Source: Camelus ferus | Taxonomy: Eukaryota | Reading direction: 5' to 3' | Length of the DNA: 64,000 nt | Assembly: GCF_009834535.1 (NCBI RefSeq) | Contig: NC_045698.1 | Span: forward strand, 14,076,001-14,140,000 | In this document: one piece after another, positions 11,960-25,379 of the stretch | Layout: every line of letters begins with the position of its first letter | Position numbering within the stretch: the stretch's first letter is position 1 | Notes under the pieces: model-generated | Told to the model about the DNA's origin: nothing | Databases searched by the model: none | Seen by the model: the letters and a program-made list of their open reading frames with translations, nothing else | Position numbers and translations under genes: made by a program

Positions 11960-13330
11960 AAAAACAAAAACAAAAAAAAAAAACCAGAGTCCCTCCTCAT
12001 GCACATTTTTAATTAATTGGACCTACTAATGTAAAAAATAATTTAGAGCTCTAATGGCCATGATGGGGAAACCTTGATCTGCCCAAACTTTTCTTAAAAC
12101 CAAATTAGAAGACTGGCTCTAAAACAGAACAAGCTGAATGGGGTGCCTATTTCAATAGGTATTTTGAGGCTTCTAAGCCTATTCAGGGCCCTAGAATGGC
12201 CTCTTTACAAAAATCCATGTATAAGCTAACTAATGTGAACAAACAACTGAAAGAAACAAAACAAAATCTGAGCCTCTTTCTTTCTTCTCCCGTCACAGTC
12301 TCTGTCCTCGCTTCCTTTACACTGTTTCCTTCCGAGCCTCTTCCTGCTCCTCCCTTCTCTAAACCCATTAGAACCTGACCCTTTAAAATAAGACCCTGTG
12401 AGGATCCTAATATCTTAGGTTCCTAGGACTAAGGCCAAAATACTAGCCATACTCAGAGATTTTTTTTTAAGAGTAACGGAGGACCCCCATAGATTTGCCA
12501 AGAAATTTAATAAAGTATATTACATTTATATTATATATAAATTTATATTACATATAAATAAAATTTTATATAATATTTAATATAAATATTCACATATTTG
12601 ATATAAATATAAATTATAAATATAATATAAATATAAAAATACAATATAGTATATTAATTAATATCAGACTTAACAGCCAGGTTTCTGAGACTTAAACCAG
12701 CTGGTTCACATGCTTGTTGGTGAAGGCCAAGCCTAACACCGCTTGACAATAGCTGATAGAGATCATCCTGAAATACTTCTAAAACTGCGAATGAGAGACC
12801 ACCACCCTTCCTTGTCATGTGATCAAGCTCAGCAATCACTAAATGATGTCACCTGGAAATCCCTGAGGCTTTCCCAAACCCTGCTGATTGAAATAAGATC
12901 CTGGCTTATATCCAGAGGCCCAGTGAGCCCATATGTGAGCATTACAGCCAGCTTCAAATCGTTTTTAAGGAAAATTCTGGCCTTCCTACAGGTCGTGAAT
13001 CTACTCAGGTAGCCTTCACCTCTCCGTTCATTAATGGATTGAACTGGAATCTTTCCCTTCCAGGTAAAAGGACCAGGATGGAATGGGAGACAATGTCCAC
13101 GCCAGCTTTCCTCAATTTAGCAAATTGGCTCACCTGCACTCTGGATGATTCAACTAAAAGGAAGACCACTAAAATCCTAAATGTTCAACTCCAATTAAGT
13201 AGAGGCCCCTAAACCAAACCAAACCCTTCCTGGTTTTTGTCATCTCTGCAAAAAGCCAAGCCATTGGAAGAAAGATCGTTACAAATGTAAGCATTGCAGA
13301 TGATTTCAGCTCTGTAATCAGCCTTTCCAA
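11960..13330 (+). pseudogene. gag: ERV gag remnant
   Basis: 'tggccatgatggggaaaccttgatctgcccaaactt' (WPxWGxxDLPKL); knuckle C-H-L-C-K-K-P-S-H-W-K-K-D-R from 13238; frameshifted. Confidence 0.8.
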
Positions 13331-13339
13331 ATGCCTCCT

Positions 13340-16300
13340 CATTCCCAATTATGGAACTCTGAGGAACTACAAGTGCTTTCCCCAATCCTTCCTCTTAACC
13401 AGCTTGGAGAAATAACTCTCCAGATTGGGAATGAATCTCTTTCTCCTTATTGACACTGGAACTGAATTCTTGGTGCTCAACCCCAGTGCTATTAAATAGT
13501 CCCTGCCTTCGAGTATTCAAACTGTTCACAGTGGGGTCCCTAATAAGCCTCAACAGTATCCGGTCTCTAAACCTATTCCCATTTGTGTGGACCTGCTAAG
13601 AAATACTCATCCTTTTCTCCTTAGTTTCTCTGTCCTTATTCATTTATTGGGGTAAGATTTCTTAGAGAGCTATGATACCAGAATTTCTTCCTCAAAAAGA
13701 GAGAGAGAATTCTAGAATTCGGTAGCAGCAACCAAAATAGCCAACCAGGTGAATCAAATATCCCTCCACACAGTTTGTTCCCCCCATCTTCGACACTGGA
13801 GCTAATTTAAAGGATATTAACCATTTGTCCTTATGGGATCAACTGCAAGGCATCAAGCCCATAATGGAAGATTATAAGGCTCAGAGTCTAATCATCCCCT
13901 GCACTAGTCCCTGTAACAACCCTGCAATATTCTTAATTTGCCTGTGAGGAAACCCAGTGGCCACAGAAGGAGACTTCGACGAAATTTCCAAACCATAAAT
14001 AATATTGCTATCCACCTGATAAAATTCTTATCCGTAAAGGAACACAGAATCTCCAAGGAAAACTTGCAGTTTGTTTCAAACTCGGATTCAGTACTTGGGG
14101 CACCTGATCTCAGGACAAGGACTATTGCTAGATCCAAATAGGCTTCATGACATCCTGAACTTCCCCAAACCCAAAACTAAATACCAATTACGAGATTTTT
14201 GAGGGACTAGCTGGCTACTGTCAAAATTGGACTCTCTTACAGTCCAATCCCTATATGCTTTACTGAAAAATAACAAATCTGACCCTATTATTTGAGATCA
14301 GGATAACTTAAACTTTAAAGTTCTAAAGGAAAGTTTGATAAATCCCCTTGCCCTTGGACATTTCAGTTACCAACTTCCTTTTCTACATTTTTTTTTATTT
14401 GAAAAGGAAAGGAATGTCCTTGGAGTACTCATCCAAAAATATGGGGCCCTCCATGGACCCACAGGGTATTATGGCCAACAGCTAGGCACTGTGGTGTGAG
14501 GATACCCATTTGCCTCAGAGCCACTTCTGCCACTGCCCTCTTAGTCAAAGCCACCAAAGAGATAGTCATGGGGTCCCATCCAACCATCTTTGTACCTCAT
14601 GCAGTAGAAGCCATCCTGAATTCTCATCGCATTCAACAGCTTTCAGCCAGTTGCCTCACCTCCTGTGAAACCCTGTTAGTGCCTACTCCCCATATTAACC
14701 TTCTTGCTGTAATAATCTTAACCCTGCCACTCTTTTTCTCCCTTTTATGGATAATACTCCTCGTGACTGTTTGACAGATTGCCTCCTGACTCACCATGAT
14801 GACTTGTAGGAAAATCCTTTGGATAATGCTGACTTTCCATGGTTTACTGATGGTTCTTATTTGAAAGGTGAAAATGATAAATATTTTGGTGGGTTTGCTA
14901 TTGAAACTCCTTTTGAAGTCACTGAGGCAGCATCCTTGACTACCTCGGCCCAATAGCTAAATTGTACACTTACTTAGGCCTGCATTTAGCCAACAGCAAA
15001 CCTACAAATATCTATGCTGACAGTATGTATGACTTTGGAGTAGCTTATGACTTTGTTTCCTCAAAGGAACCAACAACCAAACCACTATCATGGTCCAAAA
15101 GGGTGTTTGCCCAAATGATAATCTATAAAAACTGACTAGAGATGTCCAACAATCATCCCCAGAGAAGGAAAATCAATATTTAAATCTAATAACCGTCGGT
15201 TCCATAAAGAGAGAAATTGGGCTTGAGCCAAATGATAATCCAGTTCTGCCAGACATGCTAAAATTCCCACTACTAACCACGGTACGTGTACTGCATCATT
15301 GGCTTACTGACAGAATAACCTTTGTGAACCAATACTGGTGGAGAAATATTATCAAGGTCACAAACAATGCCTACCTTGCTTGCCCTGACTATCCAAAACA
15401 TAATTCAAGAAAACCTGTCTGCAGTGTTTCCAGACACTTACAATTCTTCAACGGGCTATTTGAGGTTTGGCAGGTGGATTTTATTGTGTCCCCCATCTCA
15501 AGGATATAAATATGTCTTGGTAATGGTTTGGATATTATTTCACTGGAATAAAGTCTTCTCTTACAGACAAGTTACTGCTGTATCTGTGGAGCATCTCTAT
15601 AGGGAATCCCCCTTCAAACTTCACAGTGACCAGGGAAACTCACCTTACTTGTCAAATGCTTCAACAGGTACTTTCTTTTTGGCCAGTTTTGCAACACTTT
15701 CATTTGCTTACCATGCTCAATCCTCAGGGCTAGTGGAACTAAGGGAAATTTGTAAAGACCCTTCAAATAGAGTCTCTGCATATTTGTGCCAAAGGCACTG
15801 CCAATAGTCCTTCTAAATCTCAGGTCTCGGAACCCATAAACTCTTACCCTTTGAGATAATCCCAGGATGCTAACTACATTTGGCTTCTACTTCTTTTGAT
15901 CCAAAAGCTGGTAAAATACTTCAACAGTGTTTCTGTTAAGAATACCATGCTGTTACCAAACAGGAGAGGAATAAATTCAAAGCATGGGGTACTAATTTAT
16001 CCAATTTGTATCTGTAACAAACTACTATACATAAAATAAATAAGAAACGAGGATTTACTGTATAGCACAGGGAACTATATGCAATATCTTGTAATAACCT
16101 ATAATGGAAAACAATCTGAAAAAATATATATATCTATCTGAATCACTTTGATATATACCTGAAACTAACACAATATTATAAATCAACCATATGCCAATTC
16201 AAAAAAAATTAACCACACTTCAGTAGAACAGTGTTTTTACAGCATGTTCCCAGGAGCCAGAGACCTTAAATGTCACACCTTCAGGCTAGTGATTTAATCT

Positions 16301-16500
16301 ACTGGAAAAGATATCTCTAGAAAGTAACTCTTCAACCCCAATGGAAAGGATCTTATCAGGTACTAATAACCAATTCTTGTGCTGCTAAATTGCAAGGAAT
16401 AGACTGTTGGACCTACACGTTGCATTTAAAGAAAGCACCAAACCCTGACTGGACCTACACACCAACTGATGACCTGAAAATAAAGCTTTTCAGGAATTGA
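13340..16500 (+). pseudogene. pol: ERV pro-pol remnant (protease, partial RT, RNase H, integrase)
   Basis: LIDTG at 13446; IIPCTSPCN and PVRKPSG; QYLGHLIS; WFTDGSY at 14840; EVWQVDF, LHSDQG, AYHAQSSGLVE, WKGSYQVL. Confidence 0.88.
15952..16207 (+). mobile_element. 5'-truncated young L1 3' end inserted in the ERV integrase
   Basis: 'gtatagcacagggaactatatgcaatatcttgtaataacctataatggaaaa' matches the 3' end at 53280-53420; degenerate TSD aagaataccatgct / aaattaaccacact. Confidence 0.85.
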
Positions 16501-16539
16501 GCAGGGAACAGCTGAGAGAGACAGCTTTCCTAAAATGAC

Positions 16540-16880
16540 AGGGCCACCTTCTTCCTCAGTGTTGCTTCTTATCTCTTCCCTCTTTCTTGGCCCAATCTAT
16601 TGTAAAAGGGAAAAACCTTTTGTTTCTGTCACCAGAAATTCCACTCTATTAATGATGCTGGAGATCCCTTGGCTTTACCTGTAGCCAATTTCTCTCTTTG
16701 GAAGACTTTTAGAAAAGACCCCTTTAGGCTGAGATGATTGTTTGCAGAATGCCTGCTCCTTATCTTACTCTGTATAATAATTTTTAAGCTTTATAATGGT
16801 TGGCTGCCAAAAGCTTGTAGAAACAATGTGCTCAACAGGGTGATGCTAGCTCAGCACTTTGAGATGACCTCCAACACTTA
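16540..16880 (+). pseudogene. env: ERV env remnant with large internal deletion
   Basis: SU-like 'C-F-C-H-Q-K...DPLALPVANFS' at 16621 followed closely by TM-anchor-like LLLILLCIIIFKL and a tail. Confidence 0.6.
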
Positions 16881-17137
16881 CGACATTAAGACTTACACCT
16901 CAGATGGGAAATGCCTAAGAGCTTCCTCCTACCATTTCTCATTACTCAAGTGTGGTCTCAACTGTTTCCAAGTGGTGTACTTTCCCTCCAAATTAGGACA
17001 TGACAACCGAGAAAGGGTCTTTCCTGGCACAGAGGGAAGAACCACTTCAGTGGATGAAACCACTAAATACAAAAAATCTGACTCTTTGACTCTTGATCAG
17101 TGATGCTTTTAGGAAAGATTTAATCAAAAGGGGGATA

Positions 17138-17475
17138 TGTGAACATGAAAAAAGGAAATCTCATATAAAATGGAGTTGGGAAGCCCTGAAAGGGTAGCTC
17201 TCAGGCATGTATCACCCATTGTGGCTTAAAGACCACGGCAGAAAGAAAGATTTCCTCCTGACTTGGTAACAAGGTTCCCCACCACCTGCAGCCAATGAAA
17301 AATCACCAGAGCCCTCTCTAATCTCCTTTCCTCTATAAAAGCAAGCCCCTCTTCCGCACTGTCAGGACTTGCCTATAGTTAGCCATAGTTTGCTTGTCCC
17401 AAATTGCAATACTTTGCTAACCTGAATGAACTCCCTTTGCTGGTAAAATAAATGGTTCTTTTGTGAAGGTCTACA
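17138..17475 (+). mobile_element. ERV1 3' LTR
   Basis: Preceded by PPT 'aaaaggggga'; TG...CA ends; TATA 'ctataaaa'; homologous to the 5' LTR. Confidence 0.9.
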
Positions 17476-17924
17476 AAAATGATATAGGTTCAAAAGTTAA
17501 AGGCAGTGAAATTGGGGTAGGTTAGCCAATATAAATAGAACTCAAATGCACTCCTATGCTGGTACAGACAATATGTAAATAACCTGAAACAACCAATAGA
17601 AGAGTCACATGGGTTGCCATTGGATCTCGGTGTGCTTACCTAGAACACCTAAAACATGTAGAATGAAGAATCAGGTACTGTCTTTAAAGGCACGTTAGGG
17701 TCTAAATTGTTAACATTACTGTAGGTGAATTAGAATGAAACAGTACTGAGACGAAAGTTGTATTTCTCCTTGATCAAAGAATAAATAGATGGAGAATCAC
17801 TAAATATCTTACAGCTCAAAGTTGTCATGGAGACTGATCTTTGGTTTCTCCTACATTTCAAAAGTAAAATAGGTTTATATTTGAAGTGTTTCAAAACATT
17901 TGGGACGACATGAAGATTGTTTAA

Positions 17925-20680
17925 GAAAATGATTAAAATTAATAGAACTTTATCCAGAGTAAGGAAAAAGAGGAGAATTATGAATATTGGGAATGAAGAG
18001 ATTATTTTAATTCTATAAATAATAAAAAGAGAGTATGAACGATTTTACTTCAATAAATTCAACAACTTAGATACAATTAGCAAATTCCTTAAAGATACAA
18101 ATTTTCATACCTCACTGAAGAAGACTGATACTACTAATGGCCCTGTATCTATTAAAAAATTGAACTTGTAGTTTAAACTTTTCCAAAAACAAAAACGCCT
18201 TCAGGATTAGATGGTTTAACTGGTAAATTTAGTCAAACATTTTTTAAGAAAATAAACAATTTTACCTAAATCCTTTCAGAAAATTGAAGAGGATGGACTA
18301 AAATGCTTTCCAACTCATTTTGTAATTCCACCTGGTACCAAAACAAGACAAAAATATGACTATGGAAGTACAGATAAATATCACTCATGAACACAGATAA
18401 ATTCCAGAAATATTAGCAAATCAAATCCATCAACATATGGAAAAGCCAAAAGATCTTGAACAAGTTGAGAATCTCAGGAATAGAATGCAGATTTAACATT
18501 TGAAAAAATGAATGTAGTTTACCATATTAAACTAAAAATAACAAAAACTGCTAACGTTTCAATAGACATACGTAAAACATGGGCAAAATATGATACTCAT
18601 TACTGATTGAAAAATAAAAAATCCTAGCAGCAAACTAGAAACAGAAGAAAGCATATTAACCTGATGAAGGTCATCTATGGAAAACATACATCAACACCTT
18701 ATGATTAAGTATGAAAGATGGAATGCTTTCCTCCTCAACATCAGAAACATGACAAAAGTGTATTCTATCATCACCTGTATTTTACACTTTACTGGAGGTT
18801 TTAGTCTAAGAAATAAAGCAAAAAAGACAAATAAAAACTCTCTGGATTGGAAAAAGAATAAGTAAAACTGTGTGAATTTATAGATGATGTTATTATCTAA
18901 GTAAAAAATCCTACTGAGTCTACAAAAATGTTAGAACTTACAAGTCAGTTTAGCCAGATGAAAGGATGCAAGATTAAAATAAAAAAAAAAAATTATCTCT
19001 ATATACAAGTAACCAACAAACAAAATTGTACATGACTAAGAGAAATTAAATATGGCCAAGGAAAGTTAAAGAAAACCTATTTATAAGGAGAAATAACTGT
19101 ATATGAATCAGAAAACTCAATATTTTTAAGATGCCTAGTCTCCAAAACTGATCCATAGGTTTAACATCATCACATTCAAAACCCTGGTTGGCTTTTTTTT
19201 TCTCTAAACCAACAACAGAATTCTAAATTTCAAATGGTAATAAAAGAACCAAGGACAGCTAAAATCATATTGAAAAAGAAAAAAAAATGATTTTGGAGGA
19301 TGAACCCTACACCATTTCAAGACTATTTATGAAAGTTTAGTGCTCAAGACAGTGTGGTATTGCACGAAGATAGACAGATACACTACTGAAAAATAATAGT
19401 GAGTCCCTGCATACACCCATACATCCATGGCCAAACGATTTTTCAACAAATACACGAAGGCAATGCAGGGGAAAATTGATACTCTTTTCAGCAACTGAAG
19501 TGGGAACTATTGATATACATGCATATTTAAGTAAACTTCCTTCTATAATGAACATATATAAACAAATTAACTCAAAACGGACCATAGTATTAATAGTGCA
19601 ACTAAAACTGTAAAACTTTGGGAACAATATTTAAAAACTTTGTGACCTTGAGTTAGGCAAAAAAAGGTTTTTTTTGGTTGTTTTTGTTTGTTTGCTTTTT
19701 GATATAACACTAAAAGCACGATCTATTCAGGAGAACATTGATACATTGGAATTCATCAAAGTTTTAAAATTTGCTCTTTGGACACTTTTGTTAAGGGAAT
19801 GAAAGCACAAGTTGTACACTGGGTGAAATTACATGTATGACATATGAGACATAAATGATCGTTCTCCAGAATGTTTAAGAAACTAAATCAATAATAAAAA
19901 TCAACTCAGCAAAATATATGGGTAAAATATTTGACCAGAGAAGACGGAATATAAGCACAAGGAAGAACACTCAAGATGATGAGTCATTAGGGAAATTCAA
20001 CTAAAAATGCCCTGAGATACCACAACAGACGTTTATAATAACAATAAGGACTGACCATGCCAAATGTTGGCAAGGATGTGAAGGAACACAAAGATTCACC
20101 TACACTACTGGTGAGAATGTAAAATGGTACAGTGGCCCATTTCTTAGAAACATTTACATATAGCTACTGTATGATCCAGCAGTACACTCCTACATATTTT
20201 TTCAAGAGAAAGGAAAGCACGTGTTCATATAAAGAGCTATCCCCAAATGTTCTTAGCGGTTTCTTTGTTATAGCCAAAACCATGAAATAGCTCATCTCTC
20301 TCCATTAACAGGCAGATGGATAAGCACATCTTGATAAATATACACTGTAGAATAGTTTGTAGCAAAAATCAAACTCACAAAAACCACAACTGTTTATGTA
20401 AGATATAACGTGGAAAAATCTCAAAATAATTATTCTGATTAAAAGAAGGTAGACAAAATAGAGCACTTTCTTCATGATGCCATTTATTCCAAACACTGGG
20501 AAATCCAACCTATCTATAAAAATAGATGGAGCAGATGAGACGGATTTCTAAGGGGCATCAGGAAAATTTTGGGATGGTGGATACCGTGACCTTTTTGATT
20601 GTCTGTATGTATAACAAATCTTATAAAATGACATGTTTGTATTTATTACATGTCCCTTATACCCTGACAAAATGCAAAAG
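17925..20680 (+). mobile_element. Old L1 (L1MC/MD-type) ORF2 3' half and 3' UTR
   Basis: 'aaattcaacaacttagatacaa', 'aaatattagcaaatcaaatcc', 'caagacagtgtggtattg', 'ccaaatgttggcaaggatgtg'. Confidence 0.88.
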
Positions 20681-20809
20681 AACAATAATGAGGCCATAAA
20701 TTCCTCATATTCAAGAAACTATATAAACTGCTTCTTGATAATCATCCATCCATCCATTTAATCAGTCACCATCTGCCCAATCTTTTATTCACTTAATCAT
20801 ATATTTAAT

Positions 20810-20910
20810 AATTCACTCATTTATTATTCATTCAGAAATATTATTAAGTGTTCACTGTAGTCACCTGTGTTCCAGGCACATGGCAGTGAACATAGAGACC
20901 AAATCTAGGT
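20810..20910 (-). mobile_element. L2 3' end
   Basis: 'attcattcagaaatattattaagtg...tgtgttccaggcac...gtgaacatagagac'. Confidence 0.6.
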
Positions 20911-21509
20911 TCACATAAACTAGTCACACTTAAAAATAAATAAAATAGTACAAAACTAGTAGGTATTTTTTGAGTAACTACTATTCCAGATTCTGAAATA
21001 AGTAATGTTAAGGTATTTTTATTGATAGTTGAACCTATATGAAACTGTCTCTGCATAGATAACCTCTGGTTTTACTCTGTGCCAGTCTTAAAGCAGGTCT
21101 CAGGAATCACCTGCCATTAGTGTACAGTCAAACTTACAAGCACTTCTGAATGGATACCCAGAAGACAGTACATACCACAAAACAAAAAAAAATTTTTTTC
21201 CCTCTGTTCTCTGTAAGTCTTTCGTGGACTCTGTAGCCAACAGGGTACCATCTTCTCTTAAGGGTATCTCATCTCAGGCCAGTGGATTTTAGGGAACAGC
21301 CCAGCTCCTATTTCTTCTTCTAAATGTATTATGTAAAGCTCTCCCTCTTTCTGCTCGACACAAGGCTGTCTTCTACTGGGTCAAAAGCATATTCAATACC
21401 TTTTTCAAAAATTTTATCTCTGCCCAAACAAAAGATGTTCTCTTTTGGCTAGAAAAAAATATTAAATTTTCATTTTTTACAATAAGTTCATATATGTGAG
21501 CATACTTTA

Positions 21510-21660
21510 ACAATTCATTGTATGAGGTAGGAATTATACCATTTAATAGAGGGGAAACTGAGGCTAGGGAAAGTTAATCTGACCCAGATAGGACAAAAAA
21601 TAAATAGCTAAGACAGACACACACACAGGACTCTACAACACCAAAATGCAAAACCTTAAC
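21510..21660 (-). mobile_element. MIR SINE
   Basis: Core 'gaggtagg...ccatttaatagaggggaaactgaggct'. Confidence 0.75.
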
Positions 21661-21804
21661 TTTCACAGGATAATATCACTGAAAAGAAGTTGAATAATGC
21701 CTTTGGTTATTTTAATTATCACACCACCACTACAAATTTGGTTTCACCTTCTTTTTTTCTAATGAGGGACCCTAATATCAGAGAGATTAAGAAACTTGCT
21801 TAAC

Positions 21805-22225
21805 GTTATTGTTTTAAGTAGACAATAAGTTACTGCAACAAATAGAGGTGAAATATAATATAAGAATAATTTTTTCTCAATTATTGTGTCCAGAGGTAAG
21901 CAATCTATTTCTAGCATGGCAACTCTGCCATCCTCAATTCCACGTCTGGATCCAAAATTCTCATTCCTGCTTTTGCATGTCCCAGCCAAGGGGGTGCGGG
22001 GCAGGGCAGAAGGTAATGGGAAGCATGCATGCAGTTTCCTTTTTTAAGAGCCTGTGGGAAAGCTGCAAGCATCCACTCATACTAACATCCAATTTGCTAA
22101 AACTTAATCATGGCCATACAAGGATGCTGAATAAGGTGTTCCTTAGCTGGCAGTCATGTAAGAGGGATGTTTACGTAACTGAAATGTACAACGAACGATG
22201 AGACATTAGGGTACAACTAGCAGCC
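21805..22225 (-). mobile_element. MLT1J/K-like LTR
   Basis: Diverged motifs 'ctctgccatcct', 'aaaacttaatcatggccat', 'ccttagctggcagtcatgt'. Confidence 0.55.
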
Positions 22226-23827
22226 TGTCCTCATCATCGTACAGCCAACACCGTGCGGCTCCTAGAACTGAACATTTTGTCTGATTTCAAAACCCAAGTT
22301 CTTCTGCCTCATGATATGACATAGACTGCAAAGTTTAGTTCTGTGCACAGCGTACTGATAGATAGATTCTGTCACATAATAGTGGCAACTTATGAATTAT
22401 ATATATATGCCAAGAACTCAGGCATTCTTGGGGAAGATTTAGGAGGGAACTGTTAATGCCTCTTCTCATGTAATCTTATTGCACTCTTAAATGTAACCTT
22501 CTTGGCTGCTTACTAGATTAAGTGGTGGCAATTGGAAGTATCTGGTTAGTCTGATACAATGATCTCCCTCCACGAAGGAACTTTTGAACTGGGCCTCTGA
22601 CATTTGAAAGTAAGATCAGGAGGATAAGGTTTCATGTCTCCGTCTGTGCCTTAACCACAACACCTAAAATTTCTTTTAATTCTTCTGTTCCCAGCAACTG
22701 GAAACTGGAAACCTTTGCTCCTGTATAGCGGAATCGTGAATCAGCTGAAATTAGCTGAATCTGCTCCTGCAGAATCACCAAGCTAGGAGGGTAAATGAGC
22801 TGCATTTCATTGCTGCGTATAAGGCATCCTTCATTCACGTCCCCAGGTATCGTCTCTCTACTATCTAGTAAATATCATCACCACCATCATTATCATCATC
22901 TGCCTCCTAATCGTCAACACACAACTGTTTTTATTTTTAACCATCAATCAAAGTCATCCATGCTTTCATGGGTCACCTGCACTTTCACAAATACAGAAGA
23001 TTTTCCTCACGTAACCGAGTATAGGTTCAGATACCAAACTCACTTGCTGTATTAGGTCTTAAGCCTAACTGTATAAAACAATATCTATGTGTTTTCTTGT
23101 CAGTAAAAAGTAACAATAAATCCTTCTTATGCCAGTACGTTTCATGAGGCAACATCCCCATTCTTCGTAAATCGAGTGCCTCATTTTCACGAGCTGTATT
23201 TGTTTTGATTTTATGAGTACATTAAATTCTGCTATCTACCGCTTACATTAATTTTCACAACATATTTAAATATATCTGTTTAGTTTACAAATTAAAAATA
23301 ATACATGTTGGAAACCTTTTATACTGCTCGTAGATACCTTTTCTTTTTGGTCTTGGTTATCTAACCTACCAAATAGCAGAACATCACAGACTGGTTCATG
23401 TCAATTCTTTTTTCATTACTGCTTCAATGGCTCCCTGAAGAGTGAAATGATTTTCCATCACCAGCTGCAAATTCACTGGAGACAAACTTATCTATGTTTT
23501 TCTCACTTTATTGTAAACTCTTTCTTTGAAGTTTATTTCTAAATGGCCACAATTTTTTTAGATTGTTAATAATGCCTCCTAAATTAAAATAGGGGTTATA
23601 GTTACTTTCAAGTAAACTTTTATACTCAATTTGGACAAAGGTTTGGTCATGGGAACTGTCAAGGCACAAATGAAGAAACTTATACAACTTATAAGAGAAT
23701 AAATGCTGTAAGTGATCAAATCAGGCCTGTTGAGTGTTTTTCTCATTGAATGATGTAAAATTATATTGAGCCAATCAAAGATTCAAAATGCTTTTTGAAG
23801 GAAAAAAAAACTTATAAATAAAAGTGT

Positions 23828-24460
23828 GCAATCCCACTCATGGGCATATATCCAGAGGGAACCTTAATTCAAAAAGACACATGCACCCCAATGTTCATAG
23901 CAGCAATATTTACAATAGCCAAGACTTGGAAGCAACCTAAATGTCCATTGACAGATGACTGAACAAAAAAGTTGTGGTACATTTATACAATGGAATACTA
24001 CTCAGCCATAAAAAATAAAATAATGCCATTTTCAGCAACATGGATAGACCTGGAGAATGTCATTCTAAGTGAAGTAAGCCAGAAAGAGAAAGAAAAATAC
24101 CATATGATATCACTTAAATGTGGAATCTAAAAAAAAAAAAAAAAGACAAACTTATTTACAAAACAGAAACAATTCACAGACATAGAAAACAAACATGGTT
24201 ACCAGCAGGGAAGGGTGTGGGAAGGGATAAACTGGGAGTTTGAGATTTGCAGATACTAACTAGTATATATAAAAATAGACAAACAACAAATTCATACTGT
24301 ATAGCACAGGGAACTATATTTGATATCTTGTAATAACTTATGGTGAAAAAGAAAATGAAAACAAATACATGTATGTTCACATAGGATTGAAGTATTATGC
24401 TGTACACTAGAAATTGGCACAACATTGTAAACTGACTATACTTCAATAAAAAAATATATA
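23828..24460 (+). mobile_element. Young 5'-truncated L1 3' end (camelid-type)
   Basis: Well-preserved 'gacacatgcaccccaatgttcatagcagc' through 'acattgtaaactgactatacttcaataaaaaa'. Confidence 0.92.
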
Positions 24461-25379
24461 TACCAAAAAATTGTTATTCCAAGGCACATATTAGAAAAGT
24501 CTTTAAAATTTACATATAAAAACAAAAAATAGGTATCTTTCATCCTCTAGAAGATACTGGAAAAGAGAAACGTTATCAATGACCAGAACTTTCTTGAAGA
24601 ATTAATTATGATCATTACAAAGGAAAATAACAAAAAGACAGATAATGTAAGCACTACCAAAGTTCTCTAAAACAAGGCTCTACGTAAGTGCCAAAGGGAT
24701 TGATGAGTGCATTTTAACTAACTGTGGGATTATTTATATTTTACTCATATAAAATCAAGTTTTACTGAACTGCTTTAAGATAGTTTGCCTTATAGAGTGA
24801 AGAATGATTATAGTTTGAAATCCTTATATTTTTTAACATTAGAGTTTGTAAGATATAAATTAAAAACTCAAAATAGACTGAGTCCAGAGAGAACTGTAGG
24901 TGAAGATGGAAAACACAATAGGAGCAGAGAAAGAAGGGTGGCAATCTTTCATTTTAAATGAAAAGTGAGAGGCAGCATTAAGTTTTTCACATCTGTGGTT
25001 TTCCGATATTTTCTGCATTTCCTCAATACGTCTAAGGCTTCCTTCACTACTGTACACAGATATCAGACCTCAACTATCTAGCAAATATATTTCTCTTTAT
25101 CTTTAAAATGAGCTAAATTATATTCTGCAAAGAAAAATGTATATTCCGGCCTAAAAATCTATTTTCAATTCAACAGTTAGATTAGCATAGGACATATAAA
25201 TGCAAAAATAAAAGGACCACCTCCTCCCACCACCCCACAGAGGTGAATGAGGACAAAACAGACTTTCTGTGTGGCATAGCCTAGGTTAGTGAATTATGAT
25301 GCAGAAAGAAGCAAATCCAAATTTATGCAATAAAAATTTATGCATTTTCTTAAGATTATATTACACTAAGCAGAGGAAA

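Larger units (their letters stand above)
11272..17475 (+). mobile_element. Class I (gamma-like, ERV1) endogenous provirus, decayed
   Basis: Paired LTRs, PBS, PPT, gag zinc knuckle, protease LIDTG, RT/RNase H/integrase motifs and env remnant; putative 4-bp TSD aaga/aaaa. Confidence 0.93.

Noticed and set aside
15367..15807. 146-aa ORF with integrase motifs as a domesticated gene
   Set aside because: Chimeric frames across frameshifts in a decayed pol; no intact DDE domain
22848..23055. Poly-His ORF (22795..23055)
   Set aside because: Produced by a short (CAT/CAC)n low-complexity run; no other coding signal
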